The translations under genes and the position numbers were made by a program. From positions 1 to 32,947 of the forward strand of contig JAZQLB010000156.1 of the NCBI GenBank assembly GCA_045542475.1: 32,947 nt of DNA, given 5' to 3'. Below the pieces are notes generated by a model, which saw only the letters and a list, made by a program, of their open reading frames with translations, was not told the DNA's origin and searched no databases. Below, piece by piece: positions 1 through 8,890 of the stretch. The stretch is from Lachnospiraceae bacterium. GTDB lineage: Bacteria > Bacillota > Clostridia > Lachnospirales > Lachnospiraceae. The stretch's first letter is position 1. Every line of letters begins with the position of its first letter.

Positions 1-476
1 TCTTCCTCTTTATCATCCGGCAGATTATCCATAACAAAAATATCAACTCCCACAACATACGGACAACCATGAAATCTATCCAAATGCTCTGCCTCAAATG
101 AAATCTTTTCCGAATTTAGCACCCTTGTAATAAATCCAAGATTAATATCCCTCCCATTAGCAGCAATAGCATACCCCTTTGGCCACTCATCATCGGGAAT
201 TCTAAGCAGCTTATTATAATCCTCCCTTTTCATCACTATATCAATATCATCATCCCATGGTATAAAACCCTTATGGCGCACTGCACCAAGCAGGGTTCCC
301 CAATCTGCAAAATATGCAATATCATGCTTTTGACAGATTTCGTCAATTACATACAGTACTTCAAGCTGTGCAGCCCATGCACGTTTCATCATTTCCTCAA
401 CCCTGAAATTCTCAATTATTTCTTCTTTAAAGAAATCATCAGAAAAAATCAATCTGTTAACATTGTATTTCTTCAT
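1..476 (-). CDS. LicD-family phosphotransferase (cholinephosphotransferase-like), N-terminal part only; the gene runs off the left window edge
   Basis: Own translation of the minus strand from ATG at 476: MKKYNVNRLIFSDDFFKEEIIENFRVEEMMKRAWAAQLEVLYVIDEICQKHDIAYFADWGTLLGAVRHKGFIPWDDDIDIVMKRED... It carries the LicD hallmark ADWGTLLGAxRHxGFIPWDDDID. GGAG RBS lies 5 nt upstream. It is absent from the ORF track because it is open at the edge. Confidence 0.8.
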   Translation of the reverse strand, partial: MKKYNVNRLIFSDDFFKEEIIENFRVEEMMKRAWAAQLEVLYVIDEICQKHDIAYFADWGTLLGAVRHKGFIPWDDDIDIVMKREDYNKLLRIPDDEWPKGYAIAANGRDINLGFITRVLNSEKISFEAEHLDRFHGCPYVVGVDIFVMDNLPDDKEE

Positions 477-490
477 AAAGACTCCATCCT

Positions 491-1417
491 TTATTTTTGT
501 TCTTTACAACATTCAGACAATAATCTTAACTGTTCTTTGTAGAACGGATAATCATGATCCTGCGTTCCTCTTACCGGTGTCATGTAATCTCCATACATAA
601 CCTTTAGAATCTTATCATACTCTTTCGGAACTGGTATCATCATGTTCTCAAATGGCATATATACAACCTCTGAATACCACTCTTTCTTAAAAAACCATTT
701 TCTATCAGGAAGGTATGTGGCATAGGCAGTAATATAATCACATTCTTCTGTCCCATACAAGCCCGCTATTTTATCAGCCATTTGTATCATCTGCAAACTA
801 ATATCCTTATCCCTATCAAATGTGACATTAAGAAGCTGCTCTATCTTTGCAACCTCATCCCAATATCCTTTTTCATTATTTATTTCTTCTCCACACATTG
901 TAGATAAAATTAATATGGCATTTTCGACAAATTCTCTTTCTTCTGCGCAATCCGGTATCCCATCCAATGGAAATGTATCAACCCCCGCCCCCAAAGGAAA
1001 GCCATGGAATCTGTCTAAATATTCCTTATCCGTTATATAATGCATGGTATTTCCTACTAATGTACCAAGCTTATAGCCCCCGCCATTTGTTTGTGGTCCA
1101 AGCAGTACAAATCTTTCAGGCAGCTCCTTTTTAGCAATCTCAATAAATCTATTATGGTCTTCTCTTTTCATTGTAATATCAATATCATCATCCCATGGTA
1201 TAAATCCTTTATGTCTTATCGCCCCTAACAAGGTTCCCCAATCTGCAAAATATGTTATATTATGCCTCTGGCATATATCATCTATGATATATAATATCTC
1301 TAACTCAGCAGCCCAAGCCCGCTTCATCATCTCTTCTACATAAAAGCCTTCCTTTATTTCACCTTTAAAAAAATCTTCAGAAAATACTAACTTCTCAATA
1401 TTATACTTCTTTTGCAC
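491..1417 (-). CDS. LicD-family phosphotransferase
   Basis: 308-aa ORF with the motif YFADWGTLLGAIRHKGFIPWDDDIDITMKRED. GTG start at 1417 is preceded by AGGAGG 8 nt upstream. It is a close paralog of the partial gene at 1-476. Confidence 0.85.
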   Translation of the reverse strand: MQKKYNIEKLVFSEDFFKGEIKEGFYVEEMMKRAWAAELEILYIIDDICQRHNITYFADWGTLLGAIRHKGFIPWDDDIDITMKREDHNRFIEIAKKELPERFVLLGPQTNGGGYKLGTLVGNTMHYITDKEYLDRFHGFPLGAGVDTFPLDGIPDCAEEREFVENAILILSTMCGEEINNEKGYWDEVAKIEQLLNVTFDRDKDISLQMIQMADKIAGLYGTEECDYITAYATYLPDRKWFFKKEWYSEVVYMPFENMMIPVPKEYDKILKVMYGDYMTPVRGTQDHDYPFYKEQLRLLSECCKEQK

Positions 1418-1526
1418 AAATTTTTCCTCCTATCTCAGCACCTGTCACATAAATAATTATGAAAATATTATACACTCCACCACCCATATTTTCAATCTTC
1501 ATTGTACCTCACAATGGAATTAACTG

Positions 1527-1572
1527 CAAAAAGACAACCGACAAAATCAACAATATGATTTTGCCGGTTGCC
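1527..1572 (-). terminator. Rho-independent terminator downstream of spoIIID
   Basis: 16-bp stem (1533-1548 / 1557-1572) with an 8-nt loop. On the minus-strand RNA the two imperfect positions are G-U pairs; on the plus strand they would be A-C mismatches. A U-run follows on the minus strand (A-run 1528-1532). Confidence 0.75.
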
Positions 1573-1618
1573 TTTTTATTGCTTATTCTTTTATCCAACG
1601 ATTTTTATAAATTAAGCA

Positions 1619-1876
1619 TTATCCACATTTATTTTGCATATACTTTTCTTTAGTAGCAAGCCCACCCCTGATATGTCGTTCTTTTTTGTTATATTCAAGA
1701 ACTGCTCTTGCTCTGCACGCAAGGTCTGAGTTAATCACATTAAGACGTTCTGCTACATCTTTGTGTACGGTACTTTTACTTACACCGAATTTTTTTGCAG
1801 TCTGTCTTACCGTTGCCTTATTTTCGATAATGTAAGCAGCCATTTCAACTGCCCTGGTTTCTATGTATCCTTTCAA
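1619..1876 (-). CDS. spoIIID: Stage III sporulation transcription factor SpoIIID
   Basis: 85 aa. YIIENKATVRQTAKKFGVSKSTVHKDVAERL...ERHIRGGLATKEKY matches my recollection of SpoIIID (HTH plus the C-terminal basic RGG..TK.KY region). TTG start at 1876 with GAGGG 6 nt upstream. Confidence 0.85.
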   Translation of the reverse strand: MKGYIETRAVEMAAYIIENKATVRQTAKKFGVSKSTVHKDVAERLNVINSDLACRARAVLEYNKKERHIRGGLATKEKYMQNKCG

Positions 1877-1993
1877 CTTTAACCCTCATATTTTGGTTGT
1901 TACATAATATGCAAAAGCTATTGAAGGTATGCTTGGTTATTGCGGCTGTTTTTTAGTTTTGTAATATAGGTACTATTATTTTTTTTCACAAAA

Positions 1994-2002
1994 TGATATA
2001 AT
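1994..2002 (+). promoter_or_regulatory. Candidate extended -10 promoter (TGaTATAAT) for trkA
   Basis: TG at 1994-1995 and TATAAT at 1997-2002, about 40 nt upstream of the trkA ATG. The -35 is weak. Confidence 0.4.
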
Positions 2003-2042
2003 CCCCATAGAAATATTTGCGCAAATACCAGGAGGTATATAA

Positions 2043-3428
2043 ATGTTCAGTAAAACCCCTGCCAAACAGGGCTTAAAAATTATAATTGTAGGCTGCGGCA
2101 AGGTAGGAACCACTCTTATCGAGCAGCTGAGTAATGAAGGACACGATATTACAATAATAGATAAAAACCCCCAGAAGGTTCAAGAAATTACCAATCTTTA
2201 CGATATTATGGGTATTCCGGGAAACGGAGCAAGCTATAGTGTACAGAATGAGGCAGGAATAGATAATACTGACCTTATTATTGCAGTTACAGATTCGGAT
2301 GAGCTTAACCTTTTGTGCTGTACAATAGCAAGGCGTGTGGCAAAGTGTGCTGCAATTGCCAGAGTTCGTACTCCTGATTACAGTCAGGAGGTTGGCTACT
2401 TAAGAGAAAAGCTTGGTCTGGCAATGATTATTAATCCCGAGCTGGAAGCTGCCAAGGAAGCCGCCCGCATACTCAATCTGCCAACCGCACTTGAGGTAAA
2501 CTCCTTTGCCCACGGACAGGCAGAGCTTATTAAATTCAAGATTCCTCACAAGAATATTCTTGACGGAATGCAGATTGCCAACCTTGGAAGAAATTCCATT
2601 AACAAAATACTTATATGCGCAGTTGAACGTGATGGTGAGGTATTTATTCCCTCAGGTAATTCCATTCTCAAAGAAGACGATATAATTTCCTTTGTCGCCA
2701 CGAGATATGATGCAAGGGCTTTTTTCAATACAATAGGAATTAAAACCAATCAGGTAAAAAACACCATGATTATCGGTGGCGGCAAGGCAGCCTATTACCT
2801 TGCAGAACGCCTCCTAAGAAGTGGTATTTCCGTAAAAATTATTGAAAGCGACCGTACACGCTGCGAAGAATTAAGTATTCTTCTCCCAAAAGCAATTATA
2901 ATAAATGGAGACGGTACTGATCAGGATTTATTACTGGAGGAAGGAATTGAATATACCGAATCCTTTGTACCTCTTACCGGCATTGATGAAGAGAATGTAA
3001 TGCTTACGCTATACGCCAAGCAGGTTTCCAATGCCAAGGTAATAACCAAAATCAACCGGATAACCTTCAAGGACGTTCTAAGCCGTTTAGATTTAGGAAG
3101 TGTTATTTACCCTAAATATATTACTGCCGAAGCAATTATCGCCTATGTCCGTGCTAAAAAGGATTCCATGAACAGCAATATAGAAACTCTGTATCACCTG
3201 TTTGACCACCGGGTAGAGGCTATAGAATTCCGTGTTGATACTGAATCCGATGTAACAAATATACCTTTAAAGGACCTGTCTTTAAAGAAGAATCTTCTTG
3301 TATCCTTCATAAACCGTAATGGAAACATACTGCTTCCTACCGGTAATGACTGTATCAAGCCGGGAGATACTGTAATGATTGTTACTACACATACAGGCTT
3401 TAATGATATTAAGGATATCTTAGGTTAA
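2043..3428 (+). CDS. trkA: Trk potassium uptake system, NAD-binding peripheral subunit TrkA (two tandem RCK units)
   Basis: 461 aa with two Rossmann GxGxxG starts (IIIVGCGKVG and MIIGGGKAAYY). AGGAGG RBS. Immediately followed by trkH. Confidence 0.9.
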   Translation: MFSKTPAKQGLKIIIVGCGKVGTTLIEQLSNEGHDITIIDKNPQKVQEITNLYDIMGIPGNGASYSVQNEAGIDNTDLIIAVTDSDELNLLCCTIARRVAKCAAIARVRTPDYSQEVGYLREKLGLAMIINPELEAAKEAARILNLPTALEVNSFAHGQAELIKFKIPHKNILDGMQIANLGRNSINKILICAVERDGEVFIPSGNSILKEDDIISFVATRYDARAFFNTIGIKTNQVKNTMIIGGGKAAYYLAERLLRSGISVKIIESDRTRCEELSILLPKAIIINGDGTDQDLLLEEGIEYTESFVPLTGIDEENVMLTLYAKQVSNAKVITKINRITFKDVLSRLDLGSVIYPKYITAEAIIAYVRAKKDSMNSNIETLYHLFDHRVEAIEFRVDTESDVTNIPLKDLSLKKNLLVSFINRNGNILLPTGNDCIKPGDTVMIVTTHTGFNDIKDILG

Positions 3429-3439
3429 CGGAGGGGCAC

Positions 3440-4906
3440 ATGAACACATCTATTATCAGATATATATTAGGTCATGTATTAAAGATAGAAGCTCTGCTTA
3501 TGCTGCTGCCCTGCATAACAGCACTTATATATCAGGAAGCCGAGGGGCTGCAATTTTTAATTGTTGCCATATTTTGCATGCTTTTTGGAATCCTTATGAC
3601 ACGCCGCAAACCCGAAAGCTCCGTTTTCTATCTAAAGGAGGGCTGTGTAGCCACATCCTTAAGCTGGATATTAATGAGTATTTTTGGCGCACTTCCCTTT
3701 GTACTTACAGGCGAGATTCCTTCATTTACTGATGCCTTATTTGAGACCATTTCCGGTTTCACTACAACCGGTGCCAGTATATTAAGTGATGTAGAAGCCC
3801 TTTCCAACTGCTCACTTTTATGGCGAAGCTTTACCCACTGGATAGGTGGTATGGGAGTGTTAGTATTTCTGCTTGCCATAATTCCAATGAGCGGTGGCTC
3901 CAACATTAACCTTATGCGTGCAGAAAGCCCGGGACCATCCGTAGGTAAGCTGGTTCCAAAAATGAAATATACTGCAAGACTTTTATATCTCATATATTTT
4001 GCCCTGACCATAATAGAGCTGATTCTTCTGGTTGCTGGCAAAATGCCATTTTTTGATGCCTTAAACACCACCTTTGGAACTGTGGGCACAGGCGGCTTTG
4101 GCATAAAAAATGACAGCATGATGAGTTATTCTCCTTATATACAGTGGGTTGTAACTATTTTTATGATTTTATGTGGTGTTAATTTTAATGCTTACTACTT
4201 AATATTATATCGTAATTTTAAAAAGGCTCTTCTTATGGAGGAAGTCAGATTTTACTTTATCATTATCTTTGGTGCAACAGCGATTATTTTCTTTAATCTT
4301 GTAGGTACTACAATGAACGCCTTTGATGCCCTGACCCACGCAGCGTTTCAGGTAGGCTCGATTATAACAACTACAGGCTTTGCCAGTATTGATTTTGAAG
4401 CCTGGAATCAGACCTGCAAGACTGTACTTGTCCTATTAATGTTTATTGGAGCCTGTGCCGGAAGCACAGGTGGTGGAATTAAAGTATCACGAATAGTAAT
4501 TCTTTTTAAATCAATAGCAAAGGAATTAACCTCCTACATCCACCCAAAGAACATTCAAAAGATTAAATTCGAAGAAAAGCCTGTAGAGCACGAGATAGTC
4601 CGTTCAGTTAATGTGTATTTTATAACCCTAATGATAGTATTTACAGTATCTGTATTTGCCATATCCTTCGAGGATAAAGGCCTGGTAACCAGCTTTACTG
4701 CCGTTGCAGCTACAATCAATAATATCGGTCCCGGTCTTGAGCTTGTAGGCCCGACACAGAACTTTGGACATTTTTCAGCATTTTCAAAATATGTGCTTAT
4801 GTTTGACATGCTGGCAGGCAGACTTGAGCTATTTCCTTTACTTATGATGTTCCAGCCTGCATTATGGAAGGACACATTGACTAAGAGACGAACCGTCAAA
4901 AAATAA
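3440..4906 (+). CDS. trkH: Trk/Ktr-family potassium transporter membrane subunit TrkH
   Basis: 488-aa polytopic membrane protein with repeated pore-loop-like TTTG / GTGGFG / TTTGF / GSTGGG motifs. GGAGGGG RBS. Starts 11 nt after the trkA stop. Confidence 0.9.
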   Translation: MNTSIIRYILGHVLKIEALLMLLPCITALIYQEAEGLQFLIVAIFCMLFGILMTRRKPESSVFYLKEGCVATSLSWILMSIFGALPFVLTGEIPSFTDALFETISGFTTTGASILSDVEALSNCSLLWRSFTHWIGGMGVLVFLLAIIPMSGGSNINLMRAESPGPSVGKLVPKMKYTARLLYLIYFALTIIELILLVAGKMPFFDALNTTFGTVGTGGFGIKNDSMMSYSPYIQWVVTIFMILCGVNFNAYYLILYRNFKKALLMEEVRFYFIIIFGATAIIFFNLVGTTMNAFDALTHAAFQVGSIITTTGFASIDFEAWNQTCKTVLVLLMFIGACAGSTGGGIKVSRIVILFKSIAKELTSYIHPKNIQKIKFEEKPVEHEIVRSVNVYFITLMIVFTVSVFAISFEDKGLVTSFTAVAATINNIGPGLELVGPTQNFGHFSAFSKYVLMFDMLAGRLELFPLLMMFQPALWKDTLTKRRTVKK

Positions 4907-4934
4907 TCCCAAACATTTTTACACAGGAGGAATT

Positions 4935-5558
4935 ATGAGTAATCCAAACACAACAGACTATACCTCTGAAGAATATGCAAAGCATTGTGAATCCACCCGT
5001 ATATTCTGGCTTAATAATTTTTCCAAATCTGAGAAAGAATACAGGGTTCTTATTGACCGTTGTCTGGAGCTTGGCATTAAAGAAGGCCATAACAATCTGG
5101 CAACGCTCTTTACCACACCATCATTTACTGAAATATTCTGTAGTCGAAGTGATTTTGCATATATGGCACAGATAGTGCAGATATATATTGAAGAAAATAA
5201 GAATAATATACCGCATACCATTCTTGATACTAGCAAGAGTCTGGAGGAACTGTTAAGCGTTTTTTATGAGCTCAAATTCATTTTGTGGCGTATAAAGAAT
5301 CTTGATGGCTCTGCCTTAGAACTTCTACAAAACTATATTGACCGGCATAATGCCTCCCCTATCTTTATTAAAGGCGGAGCTAAAATCGCTTTAAGCAATG
5401 ATACTGACACGCTTGTACAATTAATAGATTTTTTCACAGGCAGGGAAATGTATGAATATGCTTATTATATACTCCAATATCTTAATGAGTATATTCCTAA
5501 TGACCCCTCTGTCACCGGAATGCTTAGGCAACTGGGCACCTTACTTGGAAAGGAATAG
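4935..5558 (+). CDS. Hypothetical helical protein
   Basis: 207-aa ORF with AGGAGG RBS, starting 28 nt after trkH with no terminator between. I recognise no family. Confidence 0.55.
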   Translation: MSNPNTTDYTSEEYAKHCESTRIFWLNNFSKSEKEYRVLIDRCLELGIKEGHNNLATLFTTPSFTEIFCSRSDFAYMAQIVQIYIEENKNNIPHTILDTSKSLEELLSVFYELKFILWRIKNLDGSALELLQNYIDRHNASPIFIKGGAKIALSNDTDTLVQLIDFFTGREMYEYAYYILQYLNEYIPNDPSVTGMLRQLGTLLGKE

Positions 5559-5565
5559 CTGTGGT

Positions 5566-6231
5566 ATGAATGATAAAAAAATATGCTTCATAATGTGCAC
5601 AAATAATAAACAATACTCTGAGGAGTCTGCTTACTATATCAGCAGACTCAATATCCCCGAGGGATATACCATAGAGCTTCTTACCATATGGGATGCCAAA
5701 AGTATGACCTCCGGTTACAACGAAGGCATGAATTCAAGCGATGCCAAATATAAAATTTACCTTCATCAGGATGTATTTATATGGGAAAAAGATTTTCTAT
5801 TCCACATATTAAGACTTTTTTCCAATCCACAAATTGGCATGATTGGAATGGTGGGAACTCCAAAACTCTGCGAAAATGCTATCATGTGGAATTATAACAG
5901 AGTGGGCATTCTTACAAGCTGCAGTATCAAATCCACCGCAGAACATCTTATTGGTGCTGTGGAAGATGACTATCAGAAGGTTGAAGCCATCGATGGTCTT
6001 TTAATGGCAACCCAATATGATATTCCATGGCGCGAGGACATATTTAAAAAATGGGATTTTTATGATGTTTCCCAAAGCTTTGAATTTAGAAAAGCCGGCT
6101 ATGATGTAGTGGTTCCACGAATGGAACATTCCTGGGTATTACATGATGATGGATATCTTAATCTTGATAATTATTACAAGGAACGTGAAATTTTCTTAAA
6201 AGAATACAACTGGGGAGCTTACAGACAATAA
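5566..6231 (+). CDS. Glycosyltransferase-like protein (Glyco_tranf_2_5-type domain)
   Basis: Start moved to the in-frame ATG at 5566 (MNDKKICFIMCTNNKQYSEES...GYNEGMNSSDAKYKIYLHQDVFI), the typical N-terminus of this family. The track ORF start at 5452 overlaps the upstream gene. Confidence 0.65.
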   Translation: MNDKKICFIMCTNNKQYSEESAYYISRLNIPEGYTIELLTIWDAKSMTSGYNEGMNSSDAKYKIYLHQDVFIWEKDFLFHILRLFSNPQIGMIGMVGTPKLCENAIMWNYNRVGILTSCSIKSTAEHLIGAVEDDYQKVEAIDGLLMATQYDIPWREDIFKKWDFYDVSQSFEFRKAGYDVVVPRMEHSWVLHDDGYLNLDNYYKEREIFLKEYNWGAYRQ

Positions 6232-6246
6232 TCCCTTATGTACCCA

Positions 6247-6285
6247 AGGTGTGACACAGCATTTTAGCTGTATCACACCTTTTTG
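6247..6285 (+). terminator. Rho-independent terminator after the trkAH-unknown-GT gene string
   Basis: 14-bp stem (6247-6260 / 6267-6280, one mismatch), 6-nt loop, then TTTT. Confidence 0.7.
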
Positions 6286-6321
6286 TAGGTTAATTACTCA
6301 ATCTTATTTGCACTGCTTTAA

Positions 6322-6531
6322 TTATCTGCAGTTAGAAGAATTACTTGCATTATTCTGGCTCTTGTTGTTTGAAGAGTTTGATGCATTACTTGCCTTGTTC
6401 TGACTCTTGTTGTTTGAAGAGTTTGATGAGTTATTTGCATTTGAAGCGTTGTTTGAATTGTTTGCATTTGATGCATTGTTTGATGAATTTGAAGTTGTGT
6501 TCTTGTAGTTGTCGTTAGCGTTATTATTCAT
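6322..6531 (-). CDS. Small Asn/Ser-rich low-complexity repeat protein (about 69 aa), function unknown
   Basis: ATG at 6531 with a purine-rich GGAAAGAAGGG stretch just upstream. Product: MNNNANDNYKNTTSNSSNNASNANNSNNASNANNSSNSSNNKSQNKASNASNSSNNKSQNNASNSSNCR. The coding call rests only on the open frame and RBS. Confidence 0.4.
   Translation of the reverse strand: MNNNANDNYKNTTSNSSNNASNANNSNNASNANNSSNSSNNKSQNKASNASNSSNNKSQNNASNSSNCR
6359..6428 (-). repeat. Tandem direct repeat inside the Asn/Ser-rich ORF
   Basis: The 25-nt string CTCTTGTTGTTTGAAGAGTTTGATG occurs at 6359-6383 and again at 6404-6428 (45-nt period). A second shorter repeat, TTTGCATTTGA, lies around 6434-6471 (27-nt period). Confidence 0.85.
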
Positions 6532-6702
6532 AATACCCTTCTTTCCGCGCATAAGCGCCAATTGATTAAAGCGGATTTCCGCTTTGTACAAAAATAGTAT
6601 GTGTAAGTTTCTTTTTTGTATTCCATAAAAGTAATGATATAATTTTGGAAATTGCACATAATATTGTTGAACTATTTTAAAAAAGAAAAAGAGGTAAGAA
6701 AT

Positions 6703-7131
6703 ATGACAGATACAATTGAATTACTAAAAGAGGTTGATTCCGGCTGCCACATGGCAATGAACAGCATTCACCAGCTTCAGAATTATGAGTTGCGCCCTGA
6801 ACTTGCCGACCTTCTCGAAAAATACAGAAAGGAGCATCACAAACTTCAGGAGGATGTTGCATCTGTATTAAAAGAACAGGGCGAAGAGGAAAAATTGCCA
6901 GGAGCTATGGCTTCTGCCATGTCATGGGTTACAACGGGCTTTAAAATGATGCTTCACGACACCAATACAGAGGTTGCCAAGCTTATGATGGATGGATGTA
7001 ACATGGGAATCCAGACCATCGGCGAAAAAATGACTATGTATGCAGCAGCCGACCAGAAGGCTAGAGACCTTGCTCACAGACTTATTAAGCTTGAGGAAGA
7101 CTTCGCCCATGAGGTTAAGGAATTCCTATAA
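6703..7131 (+). CDS. Hypothetical all-helical protein (four-helix-bundle / ferritin-like guess)
   Basis: 142 aa from the ATG at 6703 (MTDTIELLKE...), with AGAGG RBS. The track start at 6652 lacks an RBS. The family assignment is only a guess. Confidence 0.55.
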   Translation: MTDTIELLKEVDSGCHMAMNSIHQLQNYELRPELADLLEKYRKEHHKLQEDVASVLKEQGEEEKLPGAMASAMSWVTTGFKMMLHDTNTEVAKLMMDGCNMGIQTIGEKMTMYAAADQKARDLAHRLIKLEEDFAHEVKEFL

Positions 7132-7170
7132 GCAATAAACATGCCTTTATATACTGCTCATTATCCGCAC

Positions 7171-7203
7171 AAAAAAAGAGTGCCTCCCCGCACTCTTTTT
7201 TTC
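7171..7203. terminator. Bidirectional rho-independent terminator
   Basis: AAGAGTGC / GCACTCTT 8-bp stem (7176-7183 / 7190-7197), flanked by an A-run on the left and a T-run on the right. It lies between convergent genes ending at 7131 and 7210. Confidence 0.8.
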
Positions 7204-7209
7204 ACGCAT

Positions 7210-7620
7210 TCAGCAAATATTTATTTTATTAATATAACCACTCTGAGCATTAGAAAACATATTCCCACATTCATCCTCCCATAAGGTTATAACATTGACA
7301 TTTGATAAAGCTGCCTCATCAGCCACCACATATTCATCAAATGCCTTTCCACAACCCAGATACGGATAATATGAACGTGTCTTTAACACACAGATTCTTT
7401 TTTCTCCCGGAATAAAGAACCTTACATTATATGCTGCCTCATAACCTGAATTCCATATTCTTAAGTATAATCTGTTATCGGCTTTTCTAATAAATTTAGC
7501 CCTGATACAGCTTTCGCTCTGTCCGTCATCATTATTACGCTCTGACCAAATACTCTTTTCCGTCTTAATCTTGTAATCCAGTTTCCCCTGTGTCTTATCA
7601 GGTATCAGATATAATCTCAT
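7210..7620 (-). CDS. Hypothetical protein (136 aa)
   Basis: Start placed at the ATG at 7620 (MRLYLIPDKTQ...) because GGGAGGAAG sits upstream. The longer track ORF (to 7701) has no RBS. Confidence 0.55.
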   Translation of the reverse strand: MRLYLIPDKTQGKLDYKIKTEKSIWSERNNDDGQSESCIRAKFIRKADNRLYLRIWNSGYEAAYNVRFFIPGEKRICVLKTRSYYPYLGCGKAFDEYVVADEAALSNVNVITLWEDECGNMFSNAQSGYINKINIC

Positions 7621-7713
7621 GCAGCTTCCTCCCTTCCATAGGTATACTATATCAGAGAAAATAATCCGCATACACATTAATCGTATTTCATAATATGACA
7701 AAAAAGGATTTTT

Positions 7714-8871
7714 TTATACATAGGCTTTATCAACAGTAATTACCACATAATAATTCTCGTTTATCCCAGAGGCTTTCTCCTGTATAAGCGAAATAACCCT
7801 TTCCTGCGGCAGCTTTACCTCATATGGCAGTACAATATCAAATATAAGGTTAGTACGTGTAGGTCCCTGTACCATCCTGAAATCATGAAGACTTATTCCC
7901 TCATGTATCTGTTTTACAGCCTCTGCCATCTTATTCTTAACCTCAATCACAATGGCATTGTCTGTTTCAATAGGATCCATATGTATAACAGCCTCACAGC
8001 CTAATTTATCCTTAAGCTCTCTTTCTATTATATCTATCTCATCATGAATAAGATAGATATTAATATCTCCCGGCACCTCGGCATGGAGGGAAATCATAAC
8101 CCTTCCCGGTCCATAATTATGAACCACCAAATCATGTATGCCAGTTACCATGTCATGTGCCATAACCAGCTGCTCTATCTCTTCGACAAATTCCTTTTTC
8201 GGCGGTGTTCCCAAAAGCGGGTCTATGGTATCCTTCGCAGCATTATATCCTGCATACAGAATAAACAACGCAACTACACTTCCGCATATTCCATCCACAT
8301 TAATTCCCCAGAATCGTAACGCAAACATTGAAATAAGAACAACCAGAGTTGCCACCGAATCACTAAAGCTGTCAACGGCTGTTGCCCTCATGGCAGCTGA
8401 ATCAATTCTTTTACCTATTCTGCTATTATAAAAGCACATATACAGCTTAACACAAATAGCTATAACTAAAATAACCATCGAAAGCGTACTGCCATCCACC
8501 GGTTCCGGTGATACAATTTTCATTATAGAGGATTGCAGCAGTTCCACTCCCATAAAAAGTATTACAATCGAAATAACAAAGCCTGAAATATATTCAAACC
8601 TGCCATGTCCAAAGGGATGCTCCGGGTCTGGCTTTTTCCCAGCAAACCAGAAACCTATTAATGTAATAAAAGAAGAACCGGCATCTGACAGATTGTTAAA
8701 AGCATCTGCAGTTATTGCAATGGAACCACTTATTACTCCCGCAAAATATTTTCCAGCAAAAAGCAGAATATTAAGCAATATTCCCAACATACTGCAAAGT
8801 GTTCCATATGCTTTTCTTACTATCCTTTCATCCTTCTCCTTAATGAATATCTTTGATAATAATGTTATCAT
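7714..8871 (-). CDS. Cation diffusion facilitator (CDF) family divalent metal efflux transporter
   Basis: 385 aa with six N-terminal TM helices, HPFGHGRFE after TM2-3, and a C-terminal cytoplasmic domain. Confidence 0.88.
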   Translation of the reverse strand: MITLLSKIFIKEKDERIVRKAYGTLCSMLGILLNILLFAGKYFAGVISGSIAITADAFNNLSDAGSSFITLIGFWFAGKKPDPEHPFGHGRFEYISGFVISIVILFMGVELLQSSIMKIVSPEPVDGSTLSMVILVIAICVKLYMCFYNSRIGKRIDSAAMRATAVDSFSDSVATLVVLISMFALRFWGINVDGICGSVVALFILYAGYNAAKDTIDPLLGTPPKKEFVEEIEQLVMAHDMVTGIHDLVVHNYGPGRVMISLHAEVPGDINIYLIHDEIDIIERELKDKLGCEAVIHMDPIETDNAIVIEVKNKMAEAVKQIHEGISLHDFRMVQGPTRTNLIFDIVLPYEVKLPQERVISLIQEKASGINENYYVVITVDKAYV

Positions 8872-8890
8872 TACTGTTCACACCCTTATC

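Noticed and set aside
1877-2042. Possible c-di-AMP (ydaO-type) riboswitch in front of the trkA K+ uptake operon
   Set aside because: The candidate promoter leaves only about 40 nt of leader. I see none of the conserved ydaO helices or ACGGGGA/CCGA-type blocks in the 166-nt gap.
3628-4899. Antisense ORFs within trkH (3628-4119, 4555-4899), plus similar shadow ORFs opposite other long genes (for example 2546-2749, 8044-8431, 9965-10271, 14499-14939, 16921-17307, 19906-20439, 23513-23806, 28059-28693)
   Set aside because: Each lies entirely inside a longer ORF on the other strand that has clear family motifs and an RBS. Their products are low-complexity, with no start signals.
5452-5565. Upstream extension of the glycosyltransferase-like ORF
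   Set aside because: It overlaps the 3' end of the preceding gene by 107 nt in another frame. The family N-terminus begins at MNDKKICF (5566).
6340-6515. CRISPR-like or satellite repeat array
   Set aside because: The repeats are contiguous, imperfect and in-frame (45-nt and 27-nt periods) with no unique spacers. They are better explained as a low-complexity coding repeat. No CRISPR array is visible anywhere in the window.
6532-6657. Longer version of the Asn/Ser-rich ORF (111 aa)
   Set aside because: The N-terminal 42 codons cover the divergent promoter region and a hairpin, with no RBS at 6657. The only RBS-like purine stretch precedes the ATG at 6531.
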